A program made the translations under genes and the position numbers. 64,000 nucleotides of DNA, from positions 37,905 to 101,904 of the IMG/VR virus record IMGVR_UViG_3300027852_000033; one strand, 5' to 3'. Shown one piece after another: positions 20,468 to 29,030 of the stretch (positions within the stretch are counted from its first letter, which is position 1; every line of letters begins with the position of its first letter). The stretch is from a virus. The notes beneath the pieces were generated by a model. That model was not told the DNA's origin and ran no database searches. It saw only the letters and a program-made list of their open reading frames with translations.

Positions 20468-21043
20468 TCCTAAGCAACTTAGGATTATTATCTTATTGTT
20501 AAGATGATAACTATCTACTAATCCCAGCTTACTTCATTTATCTGACAAGTATCTGACGAGCATAGCGAGTCGTGAGAAAATATAGCTTCCAAGTATCTTG
20601 GAAATATTATCTTATCATCTACTATCGGGAGGATATTGTAATTTTAGAATAGCGATAACTGTTTAGATTTGCTAAAACCGGCCCTCGGTTTTAATAAATA
20701 TATCTCAAGCAACTTGAGAATAATCTCTTATCGCTCATTTGTTTATTAATAAAATCTTCCAGTTCATTCCTAACACAAGCGCATGGAAATTTTTTAGCAA
20801 TTGAATATAACTATTTGGATAATTGTGTCACCTGGAGCATAGGAGCATCCCCGTTTACCTTTCCTGTATTAATCCAGGTTTTTCCATCCCCAGTCGTACT
20901 CCAACTATCACTACCCAATCCCATCCATCACTTCTCTCAAGCTGCGATCAGGTTAACAGCGATAGCGCTGCATCTGCTGGTTCTTTCATTTTCCATAGGA
21001 AAATAAATAATATCTTACAGGTATCCTGTAATTAATATCTTAT
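20468..21043. repeat. Four dispersed copies of a 29-nt hairpin-plus-box element
   Basis: TCCTAAG-CAA-CTTAGGA-TTATTATCTTAT (20468-20496); TTCCAAG-TAT-CTTGGAA-ATATTATCTTAT (20587-20615); TCTCAAG-CAA-CTTGAGA-ATAATCTCTTAT (20703-20731); TTACAGG-TAT-CCTGTAA-TTAATATCTTAT (21015-21043). Confidence 0.85.
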
Positions 21044-21052
21044 ATTCATGTA

Positions 21053-21712
21053 TTACTCAGTTAAGTATTCATTGTGTTTTTTTACAAGGCCGGTGCCCCT
21101 GCAAAGTTTACAAACAATCTGGGTATTTTCTTTTGTTAAAATATACCCAGTTCCTTTACATTTAGAGCATTCGGTCATAATATCATTATATCTTTCCACA
21201 ATTGTCCTCGCTTCCTTTAGTTTACTTATAGTTAAGAGAATAACCTTATCTACCGGCGATATAGGCAAACCTATTTGGGATAGTAAATAACGGCACTCTA
21301 ATCCTATGTATTGTATAATACTATTATTATATAGCTGATAGTAAATTTTGGCAATATCTATTACTGTTCTTTTAAGATCAATATTGTTGTCAATATCATC
21401 ATTCTCTAAAGTTGATATAATATCTAACATATCACTTTTTATTGTATTATTATACCCCATAATATCTTTAGACTCACACTCAGATAATACATGCACTGCA
21501 GCTTTGTGAATAATATTAGAACTTGGAGTATTTTCTTTATTCTTATTTTTTAGTTCCCATGCTGTAACGCACCATATTATATTTAAACTAAATACATTTT
21601 TCCATTTGATTGACAACTTATTTCTAATAATAGATACAATATATGTTATTAATATAATGCTCAAAATATAAAATACAAAGTTGAGTATTAACAAACTGTT
21701 AATGTATTGCAT
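21053..21712 (-). CDS. Membrane-anchored protein with a C-terminal DnaJ-type zinc finger
   Basis: N-terminal hydrophobic helix; C-terminal CSKCKGTG and CKLCRGTG (CxxCxGxG twice). Confidence 0.7.
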   Translation of the reverse strand: MQYINSLLILNFVFYILSIILITYIVSIIRNKLSIKWKNVFSLNIIWCVTAWELKNKNKENTPSSNIIHKAAVHVLSECESKDIMGYNNTIKSDMLDIISTLENDDIDNNIDLKRTVIDIAKIYYQLYNNSIIQYIGLECRYLLSQIGLPISPVDKVILLTISKLKEARTIVERYNDIMTECSKCKGTGYILTKENTQIVCKLCRGTGLVKKHNEYLTE

Positions 21713-21713
21713 A

Positions 21714-22034
21714 TTATTCTCCCTGTTTCTTAATATTTTGTCGCTCGTTGAGTGTTAATATTCTCCCATATTCTATAATTTCATCAACCATCCAATCATA
21801 TCCTGAAAACCCTGTGCTCTTCTTTCTTCTTTTGGCCGCTTCATTAGCATAAACACTTTCTACCTCTATATTAGCCCCCCATCCATCACCGAAATTGTAA
21901 TAGAAATTATGTCCTGATAATTGCTCTTCCTTTTCTTTAGATACTCTTCTGGTTATGTAATGTAAATCACTTTCTCCTGTCCATTTTCCATTCCAGCTTC
22001 CAATATTCGGCATAGTTAATCTAAAAGATAGCAT
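21714..22034 (-). CDS. Phage hypothetical protein
   Basis: 106 aa, GGAGGAG RBS; W/G/Y-rich (GSWNGKWTG, YNFGDGWGA, GFSGYDWMV). Confidence 0.75.
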   Translation of the reverse strand: MLSFRLTMPNIGSWNGKWTGESDLHYITRRVSKEKEEQLSGHNFYYNFGDGWGANIEVESVYANEAAKRRKKSTGFSGYDWMVDEIIEYGRILTLNERQNIKKQGE

Positions 22035-22207
22035 AGTTACTCCTCCGTATTGTTAATAAGTTTTATATAATATATACTACTTGTTTATTACCTTCATATC
22101 TCTTGCTTCTTCCACTCAAATGTATCTGATGTTCCAGATCTACTTTCAAAAAAACATAGGGTCTTATTAAAAGTTTCTGATAACTGTAGGATTTGTCCAT
22201 TGGTGAT

Positions 22208-22513
22208 TTATGGTAAGTCTGTATAATTTTTATTGATGATACTAGCTAAAACTGCCGAGATAGTAGAAACCACTATAGGTAACATAATTATATTTATAAT
22301 GCCGAAATTGGCAAAATATATTATAGAGAATATAAGACCTACCCAGAATCCTATACACTGAGAGCAAAATAGAAGGGTAGATATATTATGTTCAAGTGGT
22401 CCTCCAGTAGGTAATCTTTTCAATATTAACATTTTTGGAGTATCAAAAATAGTAGAGGTTGATAAAAATATAGTAATTGATACTGAATATAAAATAATTT
22501 CTATAAAGTCCAC
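22208..22513 (-). CDS. Small membrane protein, DUF1360-like
   Basis: GTG start; about three hydrophobic segments and LLFCSQCIGFWVG, matching the CxxCxxxW signature recalled for DUF1360. Confidence 0.6.
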   Translation of the reverse strand: MDFIEIILYSVSITIFLSTSTIFDTPKMLILKRLPTGGPLEHNISTLLFCSQCIGFWVGLIFSIIYFANFGIINIIMLPIVVSTISAVLASIINKNYTDLP

Positions 22514-22902
22514 TATCTTTTCCCCTTATCTATATGGCGCAATAGTAATTTTTCTACAACCGGTTTAAGTGCGAAGGCAGTCGCCATATAGTTATCTTTA
22601 ACCGATTCTTTTATATGGGTATATCTTGCATTGCAATATTCAGTATCATCTGAATATAAAACACAATCTATACACACGTTAGGATCCGGGGGATCCGGCA
22701 TATCTCTTATAACACATAAAGGGCAGCTTTTAGGATTTGCGACAGTATCAATATTTACTCTTTTGGCTTTATCCAAATACGATATTGTCATATATTTTCC
22801 AATAAGTAATATCGCATCTACAAGGTCTTGTTTATGAGTATGTACATATGTTTTTGCTATATCCGTAGTAATAGTAGCAATATCTTTTAATATACTACTC
22901 AT
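22513..22902 (-). CDS. Hypothetical Cys-containing protein
   Basis: 129 aa; CPLC, CIDC and a further C; GGAGG RBS; overlaps both neighbours. Confidence 0.65.
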   Translation of the reverse strand: MSSILKDIATITTDIAKTYVHTHKQDLVDAILLIGKYMTISYLDKAKRVNIDTVANPKSCPLCVIRDMPDPPDPNVCIDCVLYSDDTEYCNARYTHIKESVKDNYMATAFALKPVVEKLLLRHIDKGKR

Positions 22903-23116
22903 TAAAACTAACCTCCGTTTTTACACTTGTAGTAACAACTTTACAATATCTTACCTTATCTTTGCCATATTGTTCAATAGCCGCTATATATCTTGAAGAT
23001 ATTATTTCAGGGTTCTGAACATTGTCAAGATTTATTACAGTAACTCTTGGGCCTACATCTATTATTATACAATGTATATCCGGCAAGGTAGAAACAGGTT
23101 GTGAATTGCTTGGCAT
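22895..23116 (-). CDS. Hypothetical protein
   Basis: 73 aa, AAGGAG RBS, tightly packed in the operon. Confidence 0.6.
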   Translation of the reverse strand: MPSNSQPVSTLPDIHCIIIDVGPRVTVINLDNVQNPEIISSRYIAAIEQYGKDKVRYCKVVTTSVKTEVSFNE

Positions 23117-23117
23117 G

Positions 23118-23480
23118 TTAGTTATTCTCCTTTTTCTCTAAACTTTCTATTTTATCAACTATTGAATTATAATCCGATATCACTTTTGAATATCCTATTA
23201 ATGTAGTATCTTCCATATCAGTTTGTACTGTTATAGCCATAGCTATTTCCTTTCTTATATTATCTGGAGATAATGCAATAGCCAATTCCCGTTCCATCGC
23301 ATTGTTTAGTGATTTGTCAAGGGCATCATGCATCACACCACTAGGTGCCCTATTAGTAGATTTTATTGCCATGCTGACACTTGCTTTTTTCGATATACTT
23401 ATATCCCCGATATTCATAGCTATTGTAGTACCACGAATGGCCCATAAACTATCCACCCACATATCATACTTATCTGCCAT
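23118..23480 (-). CDS. Hypothetical protein
   Basis: 120 aa, GGGAGG RBS, directly downstream of recA. Confidence 0.7.
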   Translation of the reverse strand: MADKYDMWVDSLWAIRGTTIAMNIGDISISKKASVSMAIKSTNRAPSGVMHDALDKSLNNAMERELAIALSPDNIRKEIAMAITVQTDMEDTTLIGYSKVISDYNSIVDKIESLEKKENN

Positions 23481-23489
23481 AATTCCTCC

Positions 23490-24653
23490 CTATAAAAAAT
23501 TCTGGTCTTTACTAGATTTGGCTACTTTTTTGAATAGAGTGTCAGGATCTCTAATTCTATCCTGTATATCTTCCAGAAGATCGGGATTAGATATAAGATA
23601 ATTTACAGTATTGAAACCCCCCTGACCTAGTCTCTCACCATTATATGAATACCATGCCCCCGCTCTATGTATTATTCCTAATTTAGTACCAAGATTCACA
23701 ATATCAGCGGCAATAGTTTTTGAAGCATCAAAATACATTTGAAAAGTTTCTTCCCCGAATGGAACACCAACCTTATTTTTTATAACCTTAACTTTAGTAT
23801 CATTGGCATAAATTGTCTCGTTCATAACTTTCTTACCTATTCTACGCATATCTAATCTCATAGATGAATAGAACTTAAGGGCATTCCCGCCTGAACCTGT
23901 TTCGTTACTCCCATATGTGATTCCCACAAGTTGGCGAATTTGGTTTATAAATACCAAAGTACACCCTGATTTAGCTAGTGGCGCTGCAAATTGTCTTAAA
24001 GATTGGCTCATCAAAAATGCGGCTCTTCCAGGTTGGGTATCTCCTATTTCTTTTTCATGCTCTATTTTTGGCACTAAAGCGGATACCGAGTCAACAACTA
24101 TAATATCGGTTGTAGGTATAAGCTTACCTACTATATTTAATGCATCTTCAGCAGTAGTAGGATAAAATATATCAAGTTCAGATACTCCACATGCTTCCAT
24201 ATGATATCCCTCTAAAGCAAATTCTAAATCAATATATGCTGCTATACCTCCTTCTCTTTGACATTCAGATATCGTATGTAATACTAGAGTAGTTTTACCA
24301 CTGGATTCCGGCCCTATTATTTCTACTACTCTACCTTTGGGCATCCCGCCTATTTTAGTAGCTCTATCAACAGATAATATACCAGTAGGGCGCGCATCAA
24401 CTTTTATATATGAGGATATATCCGGATTAGTTATATCTATCCTAGTAATTGCATCCTTGCCATATACTTTTATAACCTCCAATAATTTTGCTTCATACGA
24501 AGCTCTTTTCTCACTTTCGGCAATATTGTTTTCCTCTTTTTCTAATGTAGTAGGTATTATATTTTCCTCAATTGCAGATTCAGGTTGGGCTGAAGAAATC
24601 TCGTTTTCAATTGGTTCTTCGCTTTGAATAGTTTCACTTATTTCTGTTCCCAT
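23490..24653 (-). CDS. recA: RecA recombinase with an acidic N-terminal extension
   Basis: GGMPKGRVVEIIGPESSGKTT (Walker A), IIVVDSVSAL (Walker B), FINQIR, GGNALKFYSSMRLD, KNKVGVPF, GAWYSY, RLGQG. Start probably ATG 24653 after GAGGAGG; the ORF track extends to 24713. Confidence 0.95.
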   Translation of the reverse strand: MGTEISETIQSEEPIENEISSAQPESAIEENIIPTTLEKEENNIAESEKRASYEAKLLEVIKVYGKDAITRIDITNPDISSYIKVDARPTGILSVDRATKIGGMPKGRVVEIIGPESSGKTTLVLHTISECQREGGIAAYIDLEFALEGYHMEACGVSELDIFYPTTAEDALNIVGKLIPTTDIIVVDSVSALVPKIEHEKEIGDTQPGRAAFLMSQSLRQFAAPLAKSGCTLVFINQIRQLVGITYGSNETGSGGNALKFYSSMRLDMRRIGKKVMNETIYANDTKVKVIKNKVGVPFGEETFQMYFDASKTIAADIVNLGTKLGIIHRAGAWYSYNGERLGQGGFNTVNYLISNPDLLEDIQDRIRDPDTLFKKVAKSSKDQNFL

Positions 24654-24714
24654 AGCTACTAACTTATCCTCCTCATTATTGTAATATATCTTTTCCAGAT
24701 GAATGTGATACAAA

Positions 24715-24767
24715 TTGCAAAGTATGATCTAATATGATAGACTAATATAAATAATAAATATTGTCAA
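24715..24767. promoter_or_regulatory. Overlapping, oppositely oriented sigma70-like promoters
   Basis: Plus strand: TTGCAA (24715-24720), 17 nt, TAGACT (24738-24743) with TGn. Minus strand: TTGACA (24767-24762), 17 nt, TAGTCT (24744-24739). Confidence 0.55.
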
Positions 24768-24792
24768 GTAATATCATAGTCGGAGATATGCA

Positions 24793-27771
24793 GTGGCTAA
24801 TACAAAATCAGCTAGAGAATTACCAAAACCGGATACCTATAATATATATGATAAGGGGTACAAAACTGGCTCACAAATGAGTGTTTTTATAGGTCCTATA
24901 TGGCTCGAAGAAATCGTATCATTACAGTTAGATACAAGTTCATCAGACCAAGAGATATGGTCATATTCAAACCCCTATTTTGATAGATTAATGATAGGAC
25001 GATATAGAATAAGAGGATCTATTGGAGTAACATATACCGAGCCTGATTATTTATTGAGGGTAATAACCGAAGCTAGAGATATATCCATTCAGGATAATGA
25101 ATTATATGATATCATAAACAATAGAAAGAATGTATTTGAAAACACCTTGAAATACAGAATGATCACAGAAAAAGTATTACAAGGGGGATATGAGGAATCT
25201 ACAGATGCAGCAATAAACCGATATGTAGATCGTATATCTAGAGAAATAGAGCTTATGTCATTAAGTGGGGAGCGGCTGAACCCTAAACATTTTGAATTAA
25301 CTATAATTACTGGTAATATATATGACGATGAACAAGCTATAGAAATATTTGAGGATGCAAAAATAATAGGCACTGGCAAAATATCAGTAGTAGACGATAA
25401 TGCAATTTCGGAAATATATAGCTTTGTAGCTAAACGTAAACCCGACAGAAAAAAAGTGACTGAGTTACCTAATAAAATAGGATCACTATCTAAAAGAAAC
25501 CTTATTACAATGGCAAAAGAAGTAACTGAACAGCTTGCTGATAAATTATTAAGCCCGCCTGAAATGAAAGTAACTGCTCCAGAAATAAGAACTTCGGGTA
25601 TGTTTAATACTGATAAACTAGCAGTATGTGGATTGTTAAATCCTAGTACTAGAATGTATGGTAAAAAAGCATCATTTTGTGAATTAGTATGGTCATTTGA
25701 ATATCCTTTATATATACAAACCTCCCCAACCGGAATAGGTAATAATGGTAATATCAAATCAGTAACCGATCTTGCTATACTTGTAAAAACGATTGGGTCA
25801 GATGATCCGGGGGAAAGTAATAGCGAAGGTATAAAATTGGTTCCACCTAATGTTGAAGTGGATAATACAAATCAAAGAGGATTTAATAATTCGTTTGGTA
25901 GATTAATATCAATAGATAGAGAAAGAACATCTACTTTTACTTCCGCTGTAGCCCCTGTAGTTCCAGAAACTATAAGCAATACCATGGGTGGAACTGTAAT
26001 ATTGCCAAGGAAAAAAAGGAACGATTTTGAAATCGGGGCATTTATTCCCCCACAAATCGTAGATCCTACCGGATTTTCTTATACGGATACTGATCTGGAA
26101 GCGTTTACTGCAACCACATTATGGTGTGCACTTATGGGATTTAGATCAACAACTGGAAATAAAACGAATACCGATGGAACAGATACCCATGAACCAGGAG
26201 GTAAAGGGCAATATATAACAGAAATTGCACAACCAATCAACACATTTGCATATATTAATAGTGTCAAAGGAGAACTCAAAGGGGATGATTACATTTTAAA
26301 AATAGCTACTCCTATCTATATAGATCTGATGAATACTGCAAAATTAGGAGCAGGGTGTAAACCAACCGAAGAAGAAATACCAAGTGGTAAAATAGGTAAA
26401 GAAATTTGTATACCCGTAAATAAATCTAATGATGACATATCAATAACTGATAACGGAAAGGATTTATCAGGAGATGGGGATACAAATGAAGGAGAAGCCA
26501 ATGCTAAAATGATAAAGCTGGCGCGAGAGCTATCCTATAAAACTACTGTGGAAATTGCACCACTTGAGGAACCTAATGTAAATAACGATAAGGTCGCCCA
26601 TTTTTTTGAGATAGGAACTTTAATGGATAGTGGTATTTTAAGTACAGATTTTAGTAAATGCGTATATGTCGCTCCCTTTGTATATAAAGACTGGCCCGAT
26701 ATTACTGGTTTAACATGTGGAGGGCAGGGTAATCCCCATTCAGTTACTATAACTGAAATGGATGAATATCCTTCTGATCCTGACGAATATTTAGTGCATA
26801 TGTTACATACTTACAATCAAACCGATATTAGTTGTGATCTATCAGTAGACTATGATTGGACAATAAAAGATATAGCCGGATATAACCAAACTGGCCAGAC
26901 ATTTTCTATACATGGTGTATATTTTCTTACTCCGGAAAATCCAGATAAATACTATATAACTTGCCCAACTTGCGGCGATATAATATGGTATGGAAATCTA
27001 GAACTGGAAGGGTCAGGAGAAGATTATCCATTCAATGCAAAGGTAGTATGGTTTTTATCTATAATGCCACTATGGAGGGAAGAAAGTACAGAAAATGATA
27101 AAGTAAATTACATTCATGATCTTGAATCTGAAGCAGGCCGATATGTTGAATTATATAATATAACTAGATGCGATTCAAAGTTAATGGATTTAGAAGTATT
27201 AACAGTTAGAAGCGCCGGTTTATGGGATGCATTTATTACTAAATTAAAAGAACTTTTACATATAGATATAGAAACCCAAAGTTATTTATTTCCAGTTAAA
27301 GCAACTATGCAAAGAATAGCCGCTTTTTGTAGGGGGTATGCATTTAGAATTAGTTTGGATAGAATAGTTGATCAGCTTTTATTATGTGGTTTTAGCGAAA
27401 ATATTACTTCCGCAAGTGGAGGAATTATTAAACAACCAGCCGGGGGGTGGACTCTCGGTTCGGCATTAGATATAGCAATAACAGATGATAAAAATAAAGA
27501 TAAAATAGGGACTATTCGTAAGGAATTACATTCTATGGTAAATTCAGTATTTAAAACCGCCATGCAATTATCAGGGATACGAATAACTGAGGAAAAAAAG
27601 GGTGGAAAATACATAAGGGCCGAAATAGATATTTTAAGTCCTTCGCCCAGTATAGTATCTTGGGGCTTAACCGAGGAAGGATATGAAGAACTAAAGGAAT
27701 CTTCTTCGGAAAGCGATGAGGCGGGCGAACCGGAAGGTGAGACCCAAATAATTTTAGGAGGCTATGAATAA
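24793..27771 (+). CDS. Virion protein with an N-terminal tail-tube-like domain
   Basis: 992 aa, GTG start with GGAG RBS. N-terminal YKTGSQMSVFIG...GRYRIRGSIGV...FELTI...EIYSFVA resembles a tube fold; CPTC motif near the C-terminus. Confidence 0.6.
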   Translation: MANTKSARELPKPDTYNIYDKGYKTGSQMSVFIGPIWLEEIVSLQLDTSSSDQEIWSYSNPYFDRLMIGRYRIRGSIGVTYTEPDYLLRVITEARDISIQDNELYDIINNRKNVFENTLKYRMITEKVLQGGYEESTDAAINRYVDRISREIELMSLSGERLNPKHFELTIITGNIYDDEQAIEIFEDAKIIGTGKISVVDDNAISEIYSFVAKRKPDRKKVTELPNKIGSLSKRNLITMAKEVTEQLADKLLSPPEMKVTAPEIRTSGMFNTDKLAVCGLLNPSTRMYGKKASFCELVWSFEYPLYIQTSPTGIGNNGNIKSVTDLAILVKTIGSDDPGESNSEGIKLVPPNVEVDNTNQRGFNNSFGRLISIDRERTSTFTSAVAPVVPETISNTMGGTVILPRKKRNDFEIGAFIPPQIVDPTGFSYTDTDLEAFTATTLWCALMGFRSTTGNKTNTDGTDTHEPGGKGQYITEIAQPINTFAYINSVKGELKGDDYILKIATPIYIDLMNTAKLGAGCKPTEEEIPSGKIGKEICIPVNKSNDDISITDNGKDLSGDGDTNEGEANAKMIKLARELSYKTTVEIAPLEEPNVNNDKVAHFFEIGTLMDSGILSTDFSKCVYVAPFVYKDWPDITGLTCGGQGNPHSVTITEMDEYPSDPDEYLVHMLHTYNQTDISCDLSVDYDWTIKDIAGYNQTGQTFSIHGVYFLTPENPDKYYITCPTCGDIIWYGNLELEGSGEDYPFNAKVVWFLSIMPLWREESTENDKVNYIHDLESEAGRYVELYNITRCDSKLMDLEVLTVRSAGLWDAFITKLKELLHIDIETQSYLFPVKATMQRIAAFCRGYAFRISLDRIVDQLLLCGFSENITSASGGIIKQPAGGWTLGSALDIAITDDKNKDKIGTIRKELHSMVNSVFKTAMQLSGIRITEEKKGGKYIRAEIDILSPSPSIVSWGLTEEGYEELKESSSESDEAGEPEGETQIILGGYE

Positions 27772-29030
27772 TAATAATAAAATTATGAAAATTAATTTAT
27801 CCTATAAGACTGAATTAGACTTAAACAATAAACAAAAATCACAAATAAATCAAGCTACAGGTGGAGCCAGATTTGCATATAATTGGGGGCTTGGTAGAAG
27901 AATCAAATTGTATGAAGAAGAAAAGAAATCAACTAATGCAATAGATCAACACAGAGAACTCACTAAACTTAAAAAGACAGATTATGATTGGATGTATTTA
28001 TCATCAAAATGTGTATTTCAAGAAGCACTACGAGATTTAGATAAGGGTTTTGAAAACTTCTTTAGAAATGTTAAGCAAGGTAAGCCGCCAGGATTTCCTA
28101 AGTTTAAATCCAAACATAATTCTAAACAATCTTTTAGATTGAATGGTTCAATTCATGTATTTAATGATAAAATTCAGTTACCAAGATTAGGAAAGTTAAA
28201 TCTAAAAGAAAAAGGTTATATTCCAACTGATGAAAAAATACTGTCAGCGACAGTTTCTAAACATGCTAATCGTTATTTTGTATCAGTTAATATTGAAAAA
28301 GAAGTAGAATTACCACCTAATATTAGCAAAGAAACAGTTGGTATAGATTTAGGAATAAAAGATTTGGCAATAACTTCTGCCGGAATACATTTTGAAAATC
28401 CAAAGACCTATAAGAAGTTCCTAAAGAAACTAAAAAGAATGCAAAGACGGTTAAGTCGTAAGACAAGAGGAAGTAATAACAGAAGGAAACAGAAAGAAAA
28501 AGTTGCTAAATTACATTATAAAATATCAAATATACGAAAAGATAATATTCATAAGATGACAAGCTCTGTGGTGAAAGCAAAGCCACAAACTATAGTCATT
28601 GAGGATTTATCTGCTCGTAATATGATGAAAAATCATAAGTTAGCTCAGTCAATAGCAGATTCTTCTTTTGGAGAAATTAGAAGGCAGTTTGAATATAAAT
28701 GTAAATGGAATAACATCAATCTTGTTATTGCAAACAGGTGGTTCCCTTCTAGTAAATTGTGTTCAGGTTGTGGTTTCAAGAAAGAAGAATTAAAACTATC
28801 AGATAGAATTTATAAGTGTAATATTTGTGGTTTAAAAATTGATAGAGATTTTAATGCAGCACTTAATTTGAAGGAATATACCGCAAGTTCTGCGGGAATT
28901 AACGCCTCTGGAGAAGATAAAGCCCATGATAGTAATATCAGGTGGTCTTCGTTGAATGAGGAATTTAACAGCAAAACTAGTGAGTTAATAATATGCTAGT
29001 AATTCATAAGTTTAAAAGGACGAGCTATGA
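27761..29030 (+). mobile_element. Solo tnpB insertion (no tnpA) bounded by GCTATGA direct repeats
   Basis: GCTATGA at 27761-27767 and 29024-29030; no transposase gene nearby; removing one copy plus the insert restores a clean gene overlap. Confidence 0.65.
27764..28999 (+). CDS. tnpB: TnpB RNA-guided endonuclease (IS200/IS605/IS607 family) with intact RuvC
   Basis: N-terminal HTH (YKTELDLN...GGARFAYNWGL), GFPKFKSK, RuvC-I VGIDLGIKDLA, RuvC-II IVIEDL, zinc finger CSGC...CNIC, RuvC-III DRDFNAALNL. Alternative start ATG 27785. Confidence 0.95.
   Translation: MNNNNKIMKINLSYKTELDLNNKQKSQINQATGGARFAYNWGLGRRIKLYEEEKKSTNAIDQHRELTKLKKTDYDWMYLSSKCVFQEALRDLDKGFENFFRNVKQGKPPGFPKFKSKHNSKQSFRLNGSIHVFNDKIQLPRLGKLNLKEKGYIPTDEKILSATVSKHANRYFVSVNIEKEVELPPNISKETVGIDLGIKDLAITSAGIHFENPKTYKKFLKKLKRMQRRLSRKTRGSNNRRKQKEKVAKLHYKISNIRKDNIHKMTSSVVKAKPQTIVIEDLSARNMMKNHKLAQSIADSSFGEIRRQFEYKCKWNNINLVIANRWFPSSKLCSGCGFKKEELKLSDRIYKCNICGLKIDRDFNAALNLKEYTASSAGINASGEDKAHDSNIRWSSLNEEFNSKTSELIIC

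Noticed and set aside
20468-21043. CRISPR array interpretation of the hairpin repeats
   Set aside because: Repeat stems differ in sequence, spacers are about 87-283 bp and irregular, and no cas genes are present.
20815-21290. Plus-strand ORFs 20815..21006, 20823..21035 and 21048..21290
   Set aside because: No convincing RBS, opposite to the local gene direction, and overlapping the hairpin element or a real minus-strand gene.
27764-29030. IStron (group I intron plus IS) or complete IS605/IS607 element
   Set aside because: No tnpA and no room for an intron core upstream of tnpB; both flanking genes are complete without splicing.
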